From Chromera velia (Eukaryota): a DNA stretch of 55,155 nucleotides. The stretch covers positions 1 to 55,155 of the forward strand of contig JAHBMJ010000156.1 of NCBI GenBank assembly GCA_018398765.1, in the 5' to 3' direction. The notes under the pieces are model-generated. The model searched no databases. It was given only the letters and a program-made list of their open reading frames with translations, and was not told the origin of the DNA. How positions within the stretch are numbered: position 1 is the first letter of the stretch; each line of letters opens with the position of its first letter. The position numbers and the translations under genes are program-made. This document shows positions 22,416-34,176 of this stretch, one piece after another.

Positions 22416-25400
22416 TCAGTCACACTCACCCAGAGGAGCCAGTCCCACCTGCAGTGCCATCTCACCCATTCCGGAGCTGCTCCCTCTGCTCCCGTTTGAG
22501 GGCGAGATATCCTCCAGGGCTGATGCGTGAATGCGCAGGGGGCCCTCGACGCTCTCACCCTCCTCAGACATCAACCTCAACAGCATACCCTCCGTCTCTC
22601 TCCGTTTCTTCTCGAAAGAAGCGGACGCCCGAAGAGACAGAGAAGGGGCGGGACCCTTGTCCGCCTGTCGTTGTTGAGGCATTCCGTCAACAGGGAGGGG
22701 CAGCAGGAGGGGGAACCGGGGGGCAGCCATGTGACGAGGCCACTGGCCCGGCTCAAATGCAGACCATCTCTGCGGGGAGGGGGGGGTCCCTCTGTCGGGG
22801 CCGGTGGGAACGGGCGCAGGTGCTGGGTTGCTGATCTGTGCGGCGTCGACGTGAGCTGCCGACTGTCTCTGCTGGTACGCCTCCACCGCCGCCTGATGAT
22901 GCTGTGCCTGCATTGCTTGTCGGTGAGCCTGGATGTGGGCGTGCTGGCTCATCGCAGCAGCGTGGTGTTGGGCCAGAGCTGCCGAGTACTGCTGCATGAG
23001 ATGAGGATGCGGGTGAGCGTGAGGGTGAGGGTGGGGGTAGTGCTGATGGGGAGGTGAGGGTGAGGGAGGGGGATGCCAAGCAGCGGCAGCAGCGGAGAGT
23101 TCAGTCTGCTTGGAGGATCTTCTCTTGGAAGAAGCCTTCTGCCCCTGTTGCTGCCCCTTCTCCTTCTGCTGCTGTTGGAACGCCTTGTTGCTCCTGTCCC
23201 CCTTGTTTTTGCTGGTTTTCCTTGTGGGGCGCTTGTCCGTTTGGGTCTCTGCAGCCGTCTCCTCTGACCCTGCGGGGGGGGGAGGGGGAGGGGGAGGAGG
23301 GGGCGGGGGTTGCTGCTGCTGTTGNGGGGGTTGCTGCTGCTGTTGTTGCTGCAGGTAGGGCGGAGGGGGGGGCATGAAGGGCGGATGGCCTGCGAGCATG
23401 GATCTCCTCGGATCCTGGGGAAGGAAGCCGAAGTGATGATGAGGCATCGGGGGGCTGTAGCCGTAGACCTGCGGGAACCATGAAGGGTGGGGGTGGGGGT
23501 ACGGGTAGCCGTGCGGGGCCATTGGGGGGAACTGTTGGTATGAGGGGGCGAAGTATGCGTGCGGGGGGGGGTATGAGTGGGGATGGTGCTGGAGGGATCG
23601 GCCGTCAGGGCCCCTGATGCTGCCCTCGTGGATCTCTTCAATCTCGGGGGGGGGAGGTGGAGGGGGGGTGCCGCATTCTGATGGTGGAAGGGGGGGCAGA
23701 GGAGGAGTTTGTGGGGTTTTGCCGCTGTGACGTTTGGATTTGGGAGACCATCCAGGCATGAGGTGTGGAGACGCGGTGGGGTGAGAGTAGGGTGTCCATT
23801 CTGACTCTGTCCGGGAGGTCCTGAAGGGAGACTGGTGCATTCCTACAGAGCCTGAGTGGGCAGTCGTGGAAGCGTGGGGAGTTGTGAGGGGATAAGGCAC
23901 AAGCTCCTTGTGGGGGTGCGTGGCCCCCCCCGCGCCCTTCTCAGGAGACGCCGATCCCCCCCCTGCCGTGCCCACGATCCCGACTGACGGCAGATGAACG
24001 AGGGAAGGGGCTCCCGGCCCAGGGGGGGGGCCCGGGGGAGGGGGAGGAGGAGGAGGGACAGACTGTGTTCCCTTCCCTCCAGTTGGATCGCTGGTCGATG
24101 GTTGCTGCTGCCCTTGGAGAAGGTGTGTGTGACCGAGTCCGAGTCCGGGGGGGGTGCGCAGATCGTGCACGGGTGGGAGCACTTGATGGCCTGCCCGTCC
24201 CACCGCGTCTCCGAGAGCGAAAAGAGATGCACGGACGTCGTGTGCAGGGGCAAAAAAAGATTCCCCCCCCGCATCGGAGTAGCACCGAATGCGAGACGGA
24301 GCTGCGGAAACCGTCGGGCTTCCCTCTCCGTTTTCACTTCCCTCATCGTCGAGCTGTGTCCACTCCCCCTCGAAACAGTCCGACTGCTGTCTGTGGAAAC
24401 GCAGAGGCCCCACTGCGCCCCCATGACGAGGAGAGCCTGAGTGTGCAGATGCAGCAGCTGCCATGAGAAGCTCCGCGTTGACGTTGACGGAGCCGCTCCC
24501 TGCTCCTCCTGACGAGCTGCCCCCTGCACTGAGGAGACTGAGGACAAAATCTGCGGCATCAAAAACCCCCTCCATGGAGAGAGACTCATCCTCCCCCCGG
24601 GGTTTCACACCAGCACCGGCAGCAGCAGAAACTGAAGCCTCTCTCTGTGCCTCCAGCTCTTCCAACCCCTCTCCCAGACTCAACGAAGGACCCGGACCTG
24701 CTTCCTCGTCGTGCTCGACTACGCTCAGCCGAGGGGGGGCAGCGACCGACGACAGGGGGGACCCTCCTTCTTGTTGGCGTCTGCACACAAATTTATCACA
24801 TTTAACCAAAAGCGAGGAGTTCGATGAAACGGAGGATAGTCTTGAGCTTGCCATAACCAAGAAGTGGAGTCGGGTAATTCTCTTGTGCCACTGAGATCGG
24901 ATCATTCACAGAACTTCTGCGCCCGTTCTTCGCACTGCATGTGCCTGCCTGCCCTGGCTCCGTGATCTGCAAGTCTTTTGCGCATGCCGTCTGATCACTG
25001 GCCGGAATTTTTTCCAAACCCCAACGGCCTAAGCACTCGGATGAAACTTGTTTTGTTCCCTCTGTTATTTGTTACATGTGGTCATCTTTCCGCCGTCTCT
25101 TCCTTACTGAGTGCATGCTTTGACTGACCTTTGGGGTCTCCTCAGGGTGCCTACTTGTCTGATCCCACGCAGCTCCTCCAGGTTGTGTGCAAAACGGCAA
25201 GATTCTGCAGAGTGATTGACAGGAGAGCGCAAAAAGGAAGGACCACCGTACAGATGTGTCTGATTACTGAGGTATGTATGTATTATCACACAGAGATTGA
25301 CCGAACCGTCATGCATGAAACTGACCTCCGTCCTTGCAACGACCTCTCTTCCAGAAATTGCACATTTTTGCCTTGAAATGGCTGGAGAAGGAAATCCGAA

Positions 25401-25659
25401 GTTGTTCGCGACTGTGTGCATAGGTGCACGATTCGTCGGTACACTCTCCATCCTTCTGGACCATCTTGCAAAGCGTCGTGTTGCGAAGATCTGGAAGTGG
25501 CCGGAGCTCCTCCTTACTATGAGCGAAACTGCACCGGTCGCCATCAAAACATGCACGTCGCCCAGTCACCGATGGACACAGCTTAGTCTTGTAGAAGAGG
25601 TGAGCGAAGGAACTTCCCCTCGGCCTCCCCCCCTTCACTTCCGCCGCAGCTGTTTCCAT
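22416..25659 (-). CDS. Tandem CCCH zinc-finger (TIS11/ZFP36-like) RNA-binding protein with long Pro/Gln/His-rich tail
   Basis: Exons 25659-25326, 25204-25129 and 24780-22416 join in phase, both donors GTCAGT. Three fingers: YKTKLC..C..CSFAH, TTLC..C..CTYAH, FKAKMC..C..|ESCRFAH. A possible further donor GTGAGT at 22429 makes the C-terminus uncertain. Confidence 0.88.
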
Positions 25660-26368
25660 GCTGACGTGACGACAACAGTTGTTCGTGCAACAGATTACAG
25701 AGTAGTGGTGCCATGAGCATAAGCGTGATCAAAGAACATTTCGACGGTCGATGAATCAGATAGTACGATTGTTTTCTCTCCTGGCAAGGAACAGTCCAGG
25801 GAACACTGTGAGAGGAGACAGTCACGACGTAGAGACAGAGAAACACCCGATTCCTTTGCATACATGCATATATATATACCGTCTGTATACGTGAAACGTA
25901 CGGACGAAGAAATGCATGCATGCAGCTGACCCGATTTTGGCCGTTGCATGGATCGAATTTTGTGAACTACCAAGTGCGAGTGGTCCCGGAAAGAAGATCC
26001 TCAAAAGAATTTTCACGGAAGTGCCCCGCGAATTTGTGCTTTCCGGGGCCCCTAGCTAGCTGTCAAGCGCCCATGCATTCAAGCCCGCACTTTAATTTTG
26101 TGCCGGCTGGCTGTCTCCAAGCCGGCCTGGCATGCAGCCATCTGGCAGCCAACTAATTCCTTGCATCCATTGAACAACACGCGTACATCCTGGCACTTCT
26201 CCGAACGTGTGTATGAATTGGTGTTCCTTTCCATCATTTTCAGAATAGCAACACTAGTGATCCGAATTCTATCGAGCATAACAGTAGCACCAGCACTCGG
26301 TGATTCAACCTGTCATTCCATCTGCCCTTTCTACATGATCCCAAGCAACACTCTGAAAAATGCTCGAG

Positions 26369-29300
26369 ATGCCTAAGAAAAGCCTAAGCGTGGCAAGCTT
26401 TCCAAGAGAATCGCAGGAGTGAGTTATTTGTATAAACGTTCAGGTCTATGCTTATGTGATCATGTAAAAAAGAAATGACGAAAATGGTTCCGTAAGAATC
26501 TATCCACGTGTGTATATATCTCTCTCCCTCTCTCCGTGCAGATTCCGTTTGGAGCCCAAAACGTTTTTGCACGAGTACTCCTTCACAGTTCCGGGTGACA
26601 CAACGACTCTGAGAGCCTTACAAGAGTATTCTGGGAAAGTTGATGGGTCACGTGAGGCTGATCTCACTCCCTTCAGCAGAATTGGGATGGAGGACAACAC
26701 CACTGTTGCTGCAACGGTTGCACCACGAGAGGTGCGCAGCCCCATCCCGCCCTGCATTACCATTTTCGACTTTTTTGGCAGCTCCACTACAGAAGACGAA
26801 GAGGATCGCTTCATCTCTCGTCTTTTGAACGCCCCTGACTCATGTCCGACACCGCAACTGACACCTTTCCTACGCCTCACTGGGGAGGAGGGGGAGAAAA
26901 AGAACAGTGCAGATATGAAGGAAAACTCCAGAGAAAAGAGCCTTCACACGCGCAGCAAATCCGGTCCAATTCACTTGTTTGACCAGCCCCCAAGGACGAA
27001 AACGTCTCCCTCCATGTCTGTGCAATTTCCCATTCCTTATTCGGCATCTGCAGTCGCAGTCCCCTCCCCGCCTCTTACCTTTCTGTCTCTTCACTCAGAA
27101 AGTCGCTGCGAGACACCTCGAGAACCGCACATGCACAGGGACAGAAACGAGAAGGACGGGGCCAGGTTGCACTGGGACGTCACAACAACACCCGATCATT
27201 CCTTTCCCATTTTCAAAAGCACTCCTCTCCAGCGCACGCCGTTGGACTTCATCTCCGACACGAATCATCAGCAAAATGGACAGCCCCTTCCTGAACCCTC
27301 ACACTCCAACAGTCCCCCCCCTTCTTTCCCCCGAGCGACGCCCCGCTGCGAAAACAGATACGAAGAGATGGAAAGTCTCGAGCATCAGAACCACTTATCA
27401 GATTACCACAAAAGGCACCGGATTCCTTACCCAAACGACGACAAGGCATCGACTTCCCCCCACCCTTTAGCACACCGTGGCATGTCCCTTGGTGTACTCC
27501 CCGTGTGTCAGACTGAGAAGGAGTGTCGGCACCACACAGCGAACCGAGGTCTCACCTCAGGTTCTCTCTCTGCCCCATCTTGCGTTCATTTCCCCGTTCT
27601 TGCAAACACCAATGAAAAACCGGGCGCACAGAAAAAGCAACCCAAGCCAGAGGCTCAGTTTGAAAGAGAAATCTTCCGAAACGAAGAGTGCAGTCACGTC
27701 TCCGACCTGCGACTGCCCTTCGGGTTGAGTTTGGAGGACCTAGGAATCGGAAACTTCGGGAGAGAAGGCGGGGGAGAGGGAGAAGGGGAAAGGGAAGGGA
27801 AGGGATCAAAAAGGCTGCAGTACTTGGATTCTCCCCAACCACCCTCAGAGCTACTCGTGCAAAGAAACATCGGCAGAAATCCCGATGAACTGACCTACCT
27901 GAAGCCCCACCACCCGACTGTGACCTCATACTCCCCTTTGCATACATTGCCGTCTGCGGTGTGCGAAAGCAGGTTGAATGAAATGTCGGACGGTGACACA
28001 AGAGGAGCTGCTGGGTTTGCGAGAAATCCTGCTGTCCGGGCCCCTCACACAATGGACGAGAAGCTGCATCCTCCACCCATGAAGTTCTTTTCCCTGCCCG
28101 TGTCTTCCCCTAGTAAAGAGTTTGGCTGCCTCTCGGAAGAAAAAGAAAAGGCAGAGACATGTGAGGTGGAAGAACGGAGAGAGACTGCAAGCACCGTTGC
28201 GCCCCCTTCACTCTGCCTGCCTGTGTACACTCCTGTGGCAGGAAATTCTTTTCAAGAGACATCCACACAGACGACAACAGAACTGATCACCCCTGCAGTC
28301 CCCACTCTTCTTGAAGAGGATCTCGACCGACCAGTAGGTCTGCGAGTCCTCTTCAGCCGCTCAGGCCTAGTCCCTCCCAACAGTCCTGTCGAGTTACCAA
28401 CCCAATCTGCAGCCCCCCTTTCTCTCCTTCATGTCCGTTCAACTGCATCCCCTTCCTCTCCCTCTCATTTGCGAAGAGAAAAAGAGGAAACAAGGGACCC
28501 ACCCCACCTGAACCTAACAAGGCTAGAAAGAGAGAGTAAAGGAGCGCGAAGTCTGACTGCCTACGCAAACACAAGGCAACCTTCGAACCGCCGCCCCCTT
28601 CCATCCAGAGAGGCTCTCGAAGCCAAACTCCCCACCCCTTTGTCCCTTTCTCCAGGGCCCCCCTCGAAGCGTGAGGACGGAGAAGCCCTCTGCCATTCTT
28701 CGCACCTCCAGCTTACGGGAGCTGATACTTCTTTGTCAGCCGACAAAAGCAGAGACAGAGAGAGCCTGAGGGCTTCAGGCCAGCACTCGAACAACTCATC
28801 TGCCCCTGCAGACCCACAGAGAGAGTGTGTCGCCCCATGCCCACAAGATCCCCTCCCTCTTTCCCCCAGACATTCGTCAAGAGAAATGCTAGGAAGGGAC
28901 ACAGACCTCCCTGATAATGAAGCAATATCACAACATCCCCCCTCCGCAGATGCGAATCTTCACAGGCAGAAAGGACAGAGACAGGGAGATGGTCACGTGA
29001 CGGTGGTACGAGACAGATGTCCGAGCACTCTCTCCTACGAGGCAGAGGTTCGACCTGACTCTCCTACGCATCGGCTCCTGCACAAATCCGGCACAAGAAA
29101 AAAAGGGCCCCACCCCCCATCAGCCAGATCCATGCCTTCACATAGGCCTCAGAGACCACCTTCCCTCTCTCGTCCCAAAAGAGGGAGAGACAAAGGCCCC
29201 AGTGATTCCTCTTCCTCTTCCCAATTAGGAAATGTACAGGGACGGACGGAGTCAAAAGAAAGGCACCAGAGGAAAAAAGACCGACCTCACTGCACCTCCT

Positions 29301-31246
29301 GTCAGGTCGGTAGGGTTGTGGAGTGTTTGTTGCGTTCTCTCGCTGCTGTTGTTCCTTTCCATGATTTCTTGTGTACACATTTTGTTGGTCCCATATTAAT
29401 AACGGTGTTGCATTCAGTTTCCCTGCTTCCTCGTGGCTGCTGTCGATATCTCTCTTCTCTCACATGATTGCACGACCTGTTGCATCGGCACCCTGTCCCT
29501 CACTTGCCCTTTCTTTCTTTTCTCCCTTTTTTTCCTGTTTTCTTCTCTTCTCTTCTCTTATCTCAGAAGGTCTCTCCCTTTCTTTATCCCTCTGTCTTTC
29601 TCCTTCTCGCTATCTGCAAGACAGATAGATCGATGGCTTACTTCACTTAGGAAAAAGCAGGTAAAATAAGAATCTGAATGAACATCTCCGCATGCATGCA
29701 GGACGCCTGGATCGAGGGACACACATGCACACGCGACTGCGCTGTTCTTTACAGAAGCGACAGAACGCACACGAGTACTCAACATGTTGTCACTGACACT
29801 GCTCAACAGAAGAAGGAACAAACGAGACTGAGGAGGTGGGAAAGGGAAAAAGAGCCACGCGCCTTCTCGACTGCCTCTCCCCTGATCCTCCCGATCTCCC
29901 CCCCTTTCCCAGAGCCGATTTTGGAGGCTTCGTATGAGTGCACAGAGATCGGGAGCCATCTGCACGAATGGGACAGTCTCTCTTTCTTGTCGCATCGGGA
30001 GGAGGAGTCTCGAGGAAGAAGAGAATTTCACTTGAAGCAGAGAGACGAAGAAAGCAAACCCCCCCAGACACGCACTCAGCCCCTCAATGGACCGAATTCC
30101 TCTTCTCATCCCCTCCCCGCAGAGACCACCAGATTTCATCACATACAGTTGCACGAAGAGGGGAACAATCAGGTGCTGCCTGTCACGAGACATCAATCTG
30201 GCGAGGGATTTGACAGAGACGCTGAATTTGAGGGAGAGAAAGCGGAATTTCATTCCCCACCCATCCCACCCACCTCCACAGAAGGAGACGGAGCTGGAAA
30301 ACAAAGGGGGCCTCCAATCGTCCAAAACATTCATCTCCCTCCCTTCCACTCTCCCTGTTCCGTCCAGTGTCTCCCCCCCACCACCCGCTTTATTCCCTTC
30401 GAGAAAGTCCTACCCAATCACTCCATCGAGAAGAATCAGACGATGGCCGTCAATGGAGAGGCGCAGGTAGAGACACCAAGGCCGCAAAAGGAGACGGTGG
30501 TCGCGTCACGCGCGTCGGGAGATTTGCAGACACAGAACAAGACGGATGCACAAGAGAATGGCGCATGCGGGCCTCAGGTCCTGGAGAAGTTTCGTCCTGT
30601 TGGTGCTTCTCCAAGAAAACACTCTGAGGGTGCTCCCCTATCCGAAATCCAACCCGCAACCAGACCCCCCCTCTCTTCTGTGCCTGCACACTCGCCCACC
30701 GCGACCACACCGCGAGAGCTGTGCTTTGTTTCGATGATCTGCAGACACAGCTGTGACATTGAATCGGATGCAGCGCACCTCCGTCACCCGTCCCCCCAAT
30801 CCATCATTGTGCGCTCCGATCATCTTCCTGCCAGGAAGAACTCATCTTTGTCTCCTGCCCCCCCCAAATGTACAGTACAACCAAAGAGCAGCACCGCAGC
30901 AGTGGCAGTATCTGCCAAAACAGCGGATTTCTCGGTTCTCCCTGTTGAGCCTGAGCGCGACTCTGCCCACACAAGAGACTCACTCTCGTGCACTTCCGCT
31001 CGGGTCGATACTCTGAGGCGAGCGTCCATGGCGACCAATGCTTTCACCCCTTTGAGGCAGAGTCCGGCCCTCAGGCCGTCTTCGTTCGTTGACCACCCGG
31101 GCGAACCTCCGAGTGCGGAAACCCCGTCAGTTCCTTTAGCATTAGCAGGAGAAGGCAGAGAGACCCGTTTATTTGAACCTCCTGACTGGGTGTGGACTCT
31201 GACAGGAGTCTCGCCTCCTCGCCGAAGTCCCTACAACATCCGCTGA
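26369..31246 (+). CDS. Large multi-exon Pro/Ser-rich hypothetical protein
   Basis: Putative exon 1 26369-26418 (MPKKSL...|gtgagt) joins in phase to the acceptor at 26542 in the 985-aa ORF. A second long ORF 29678-31246 on the same strand is probably a later exon. No domain recognised. Confidence 0.6.
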
Positions 31247-31667
31247 GGGTATGTGAGTCATAATGTGACCGGAGTAGGGTTGACAAGATTGAGAACCAAT
31301 GGTAGGCAAAAGCGTTTTTCAGCCGTGCAAGGTTACAAAATGGTCATTTTGCTTTTAAATTATTTATCAGCCAGCAGTATATAGCTTTCGTAATGCAATC
31401 CGTAATACTCAAATTTTGGGTTATACTACTTAGTAAAAACTACTAAATAAACTATGTGAAGAATTCTGCCAATTATTCCGGCACAGCGGCACCGTTCTTT
31501 TATATACTTTTATGAAAACTTTTACCATTCATACTAAGCACTACTAAGCACATATAACTAATAACGTACATGCACGATTTTTTAAAAAATCTATGAAGTG
31601 ACTATATATAAAGCTATAATTCTATGTGTTACAGTTTCTTTCGAGACGGGTTTTACCTTAGATTATA

Positions 31668-32139
31668 CATCTATGGGATAACTCAATAATGATTATGAGT
31701 CCATTTTGCAAAACGTATAATGATTATGATAAAAATTATAATTATTAGAAGGTGTTCATAATGATTATGACTCTTTCCACAAACTTGTTGTAACACTGAT
31801 ACTCATTATGAAAAAAACATAATGATTATTAAAAATTATATTGATTATACATTGATGCAATGTTTAACTTGTGATATCTCATGAACTATTAACAATGGAA
31901 CTTTCTGGCTTAAAATTTCTTTACAACACAGGGTCGATTTATAAAGTTCATAAAGTTTGTTTTTCATTTTCTTTTTTGTTCATCTTGGGTTATATATATA
32001 ATCATTATGAATTTGATAATCATTATACACTTATAATCATTATGCTAAACTTAGTTACATATAATCATTATAAAAATTAAAGTTACTATGAATTTTCATA
32101 ATGATTATATGTATAACCCTTTAAGTTATCCCATTGATA
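31668..32139. mobile_element. AT-rich TIR element with internal ATAATGATTAT repeats
   Basis: Ends ATCTATGGGATAACTCAA / TTAAGTTATCCCATTGAT are inverted copies. Many internal ATAATGATTAT units lie on the left and inverted ATAATCATTAT units on the right. Confidence 0.65.
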
Positions 32140-33493
32140 TAGTTTTTACTTATGATTTGTAACAAATCTATTTAGATTAATGAATTGCATAGTGTTAAAC
32201 TTTAGCATGGTGTTTAGAAAGTTGTGATAGAAATTGTTACTCAAACTGATATAATTTCATCTTTAATATAAAAAAATATATTCATTATGTATAGCTTTCA
32301 CAGTCAAATAATTTATTAAGAAATCTCGTACATTGAAGTTGAAATCACTCTGGAAATTACTCTTGAATTAATTGGCCGATTGCTTAGCTGAGTGCACATG
32401 GAATTGACTGATCGTGTGTTAAAGTTCTGTATACAACCCAATTAAATCAGCGATGCAGCGGCTAGTGCAGCGGCAAGAATTTTAAGATAACATTCGTGTT
32501 ATTAGTTACAATCTGGGTTGCAAAGCCCCAATTTCCAGGCAACACAATGTCAATTTCTGTATTCAGCTCCGTACGTACGTACAACATCGCTAGACAACAT
32601 CGAGATACTTACATTACACATGTACTGCTTCAAAAGTGAGTCAAAACACCCATGCAAAGCATTCTTCATTACACGCAGGAAGAGGCAGAGGATATAGAAA
32701 GACTGATGACGCCAAGGTCCTGCAGAGTGAGCTGCAAGAAACAAAGACACAAGGAAACAAACAGGGATGGTCTAAGGTGCTTCGCAGTTAAACCAGCAAA
32801 AAAAGACAAACAGACCCAAAAACAAATGTAAATGCACTCTGACACCCTTCTCATCAAATTCGTAGACGATGATGCTCCACACCGATTTTCTCTACGCCCA
32901 GCTTTGCTCTCCCCGCAGAACGATGAGGTCGCCTGATTTTTTGGGGCTTGACTTTGAGCGATTGTGGCCAACCCAACCCACATGAAGAACGCTGGTTCAG
33001 ATAATTAAGGTCGGGCATGTGATTTCCCGTTTCCTCGCAGCATGCCACCAGGATTCCTATCATGTGTTGCGTTCATTGGTGAGCAGAGAGTAGTTCGATC
33101 TGAGGAGCTGACCTCATTCGGCAGCACAGCAAAAACACTTCAGGCGAACCAACATGTGCAAAGGCTTAGCCGCCGCCTTCAGAGAGCCTTCGAAAGCCTT
33201 TTGGAATTCTGGTCAAAGAGGGAGAGATGGATGAAAGGAATCGACAGGAGTGTCTGAGAACACGCCTGAAAAGGGCAGGATGAACCGCAGTAGTGCGAGC
33301 GCACTCTCGTCGTGCTTCCTGACTTGACATGCATGCGGGTGCATGCATGGAGGTGGTTTCGTTGCTGCGTTCAGTCTCCCTGTTGTTGCCTCGGTTGAGT
33401 AAGACAGGCACCCTGTTCGCCTGCTTCCGACTACGAAACAGTTGAAGAGCAGCACACCATCATCGCAAGAAGCGCGCTTTCCAACGTTTCCAA

Positions 33494-33564
33494 GGGGATA
33501 TGGTGTAACGGTAGCACCCATCGTTTGGAACGATGCGGCCCAGGTTCGATTCCTGGTATCCCCT
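33494..33564 (+). tRNA. tRNA with anticodon TGG (Pro by anticodon), atypical body
   Basis: Complete cloverleaf: GGGGATA/TATCCCC acceptor, GTGT/GCAC D stem, CATCG-TTTGGAA-CGATG anticodon arm, CCAGG-TTCGATT-CCTGG T arm. Confidence 0.85.
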
Positions 33565-33664
33565 TCTATTCCGCAAAATGCATGATGATTTGCAGTCACA
33601 GTCCAATCACACTTGAAGAATGCTGCACAAACAAAAGGAAAACCCACTGCACTACACTTTCAAA

Positions 33665-33736
33665 CGCAGAGGGGCGCAGAGGCAGCGTACTGGGCTCATA
33701 ACCCAGAGGTCCCTGGTTCGAGTCCAGGCTCTGCGC
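33665..33736 (+). tRNA. tRNA-Met(CAT), initiator-like anticodon arm but atypical identity elements
   Basis: CGCAGAG/CTCTGCG acceptor, GCGC/GCGT D stem, CTGGG-CTCATAA-CCCAG anticodon arm, CCTGG-TTCGAGT-CCAGG T arm; T5 run 3 nt downstream. Confidence 0.85.
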
Positions 33737-33738
33737 GC

Positions 33739-33743
33739 TTTTT
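33739..33743 (+). terminator. Pol III terminator (T5)
   Basis: TTTTT immediately after the tRNA-Met gene. Confidence 0.6.
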
Positions 33744-34176
33744 CTCAGTCTGACTGCATGGTGCATGTATAGAGCCGATTATTCGGATCATGGTCACGGG
33801 ACACAGTGACGGGGCGAGCGCACGGAGCTCACACACAGGACTCATTTCATGAAAGTGCCTCCAAGTCGGACTTTTCCGGGGCAGTCTCGAGAACTGCATG
33901 CTTTCCGGGACCGCCCGGCTCCGTCACTTCCTTCGCGGAAAACAAAAAAGACTTCAAAAAGACTGCAATGTTGCATGATGTTGCAGCCTTTCGGCTGCAC
34001 GCCCCACTCCAACACCAACCTGTCACACTCTCATACCTTCCAGACAGCTTTTATGAACTTTCACTCCAATCTACTGTCACTTGCCTGCTTCGCAGAGTCA
34101 ACGGAACTGAAAAGAGACAATCAGCAAGCCAGCTTACTTTTGGAGACGCCGAAAGAACACCTCTTCTTTGTACACC

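Noticed and set aside
33494..33564. Minus-strand reading as tRNA-Trp(CCA)
   Set aside because: The D-loop GG and T-loop TTCGA are correctly placed only on the plus strand.
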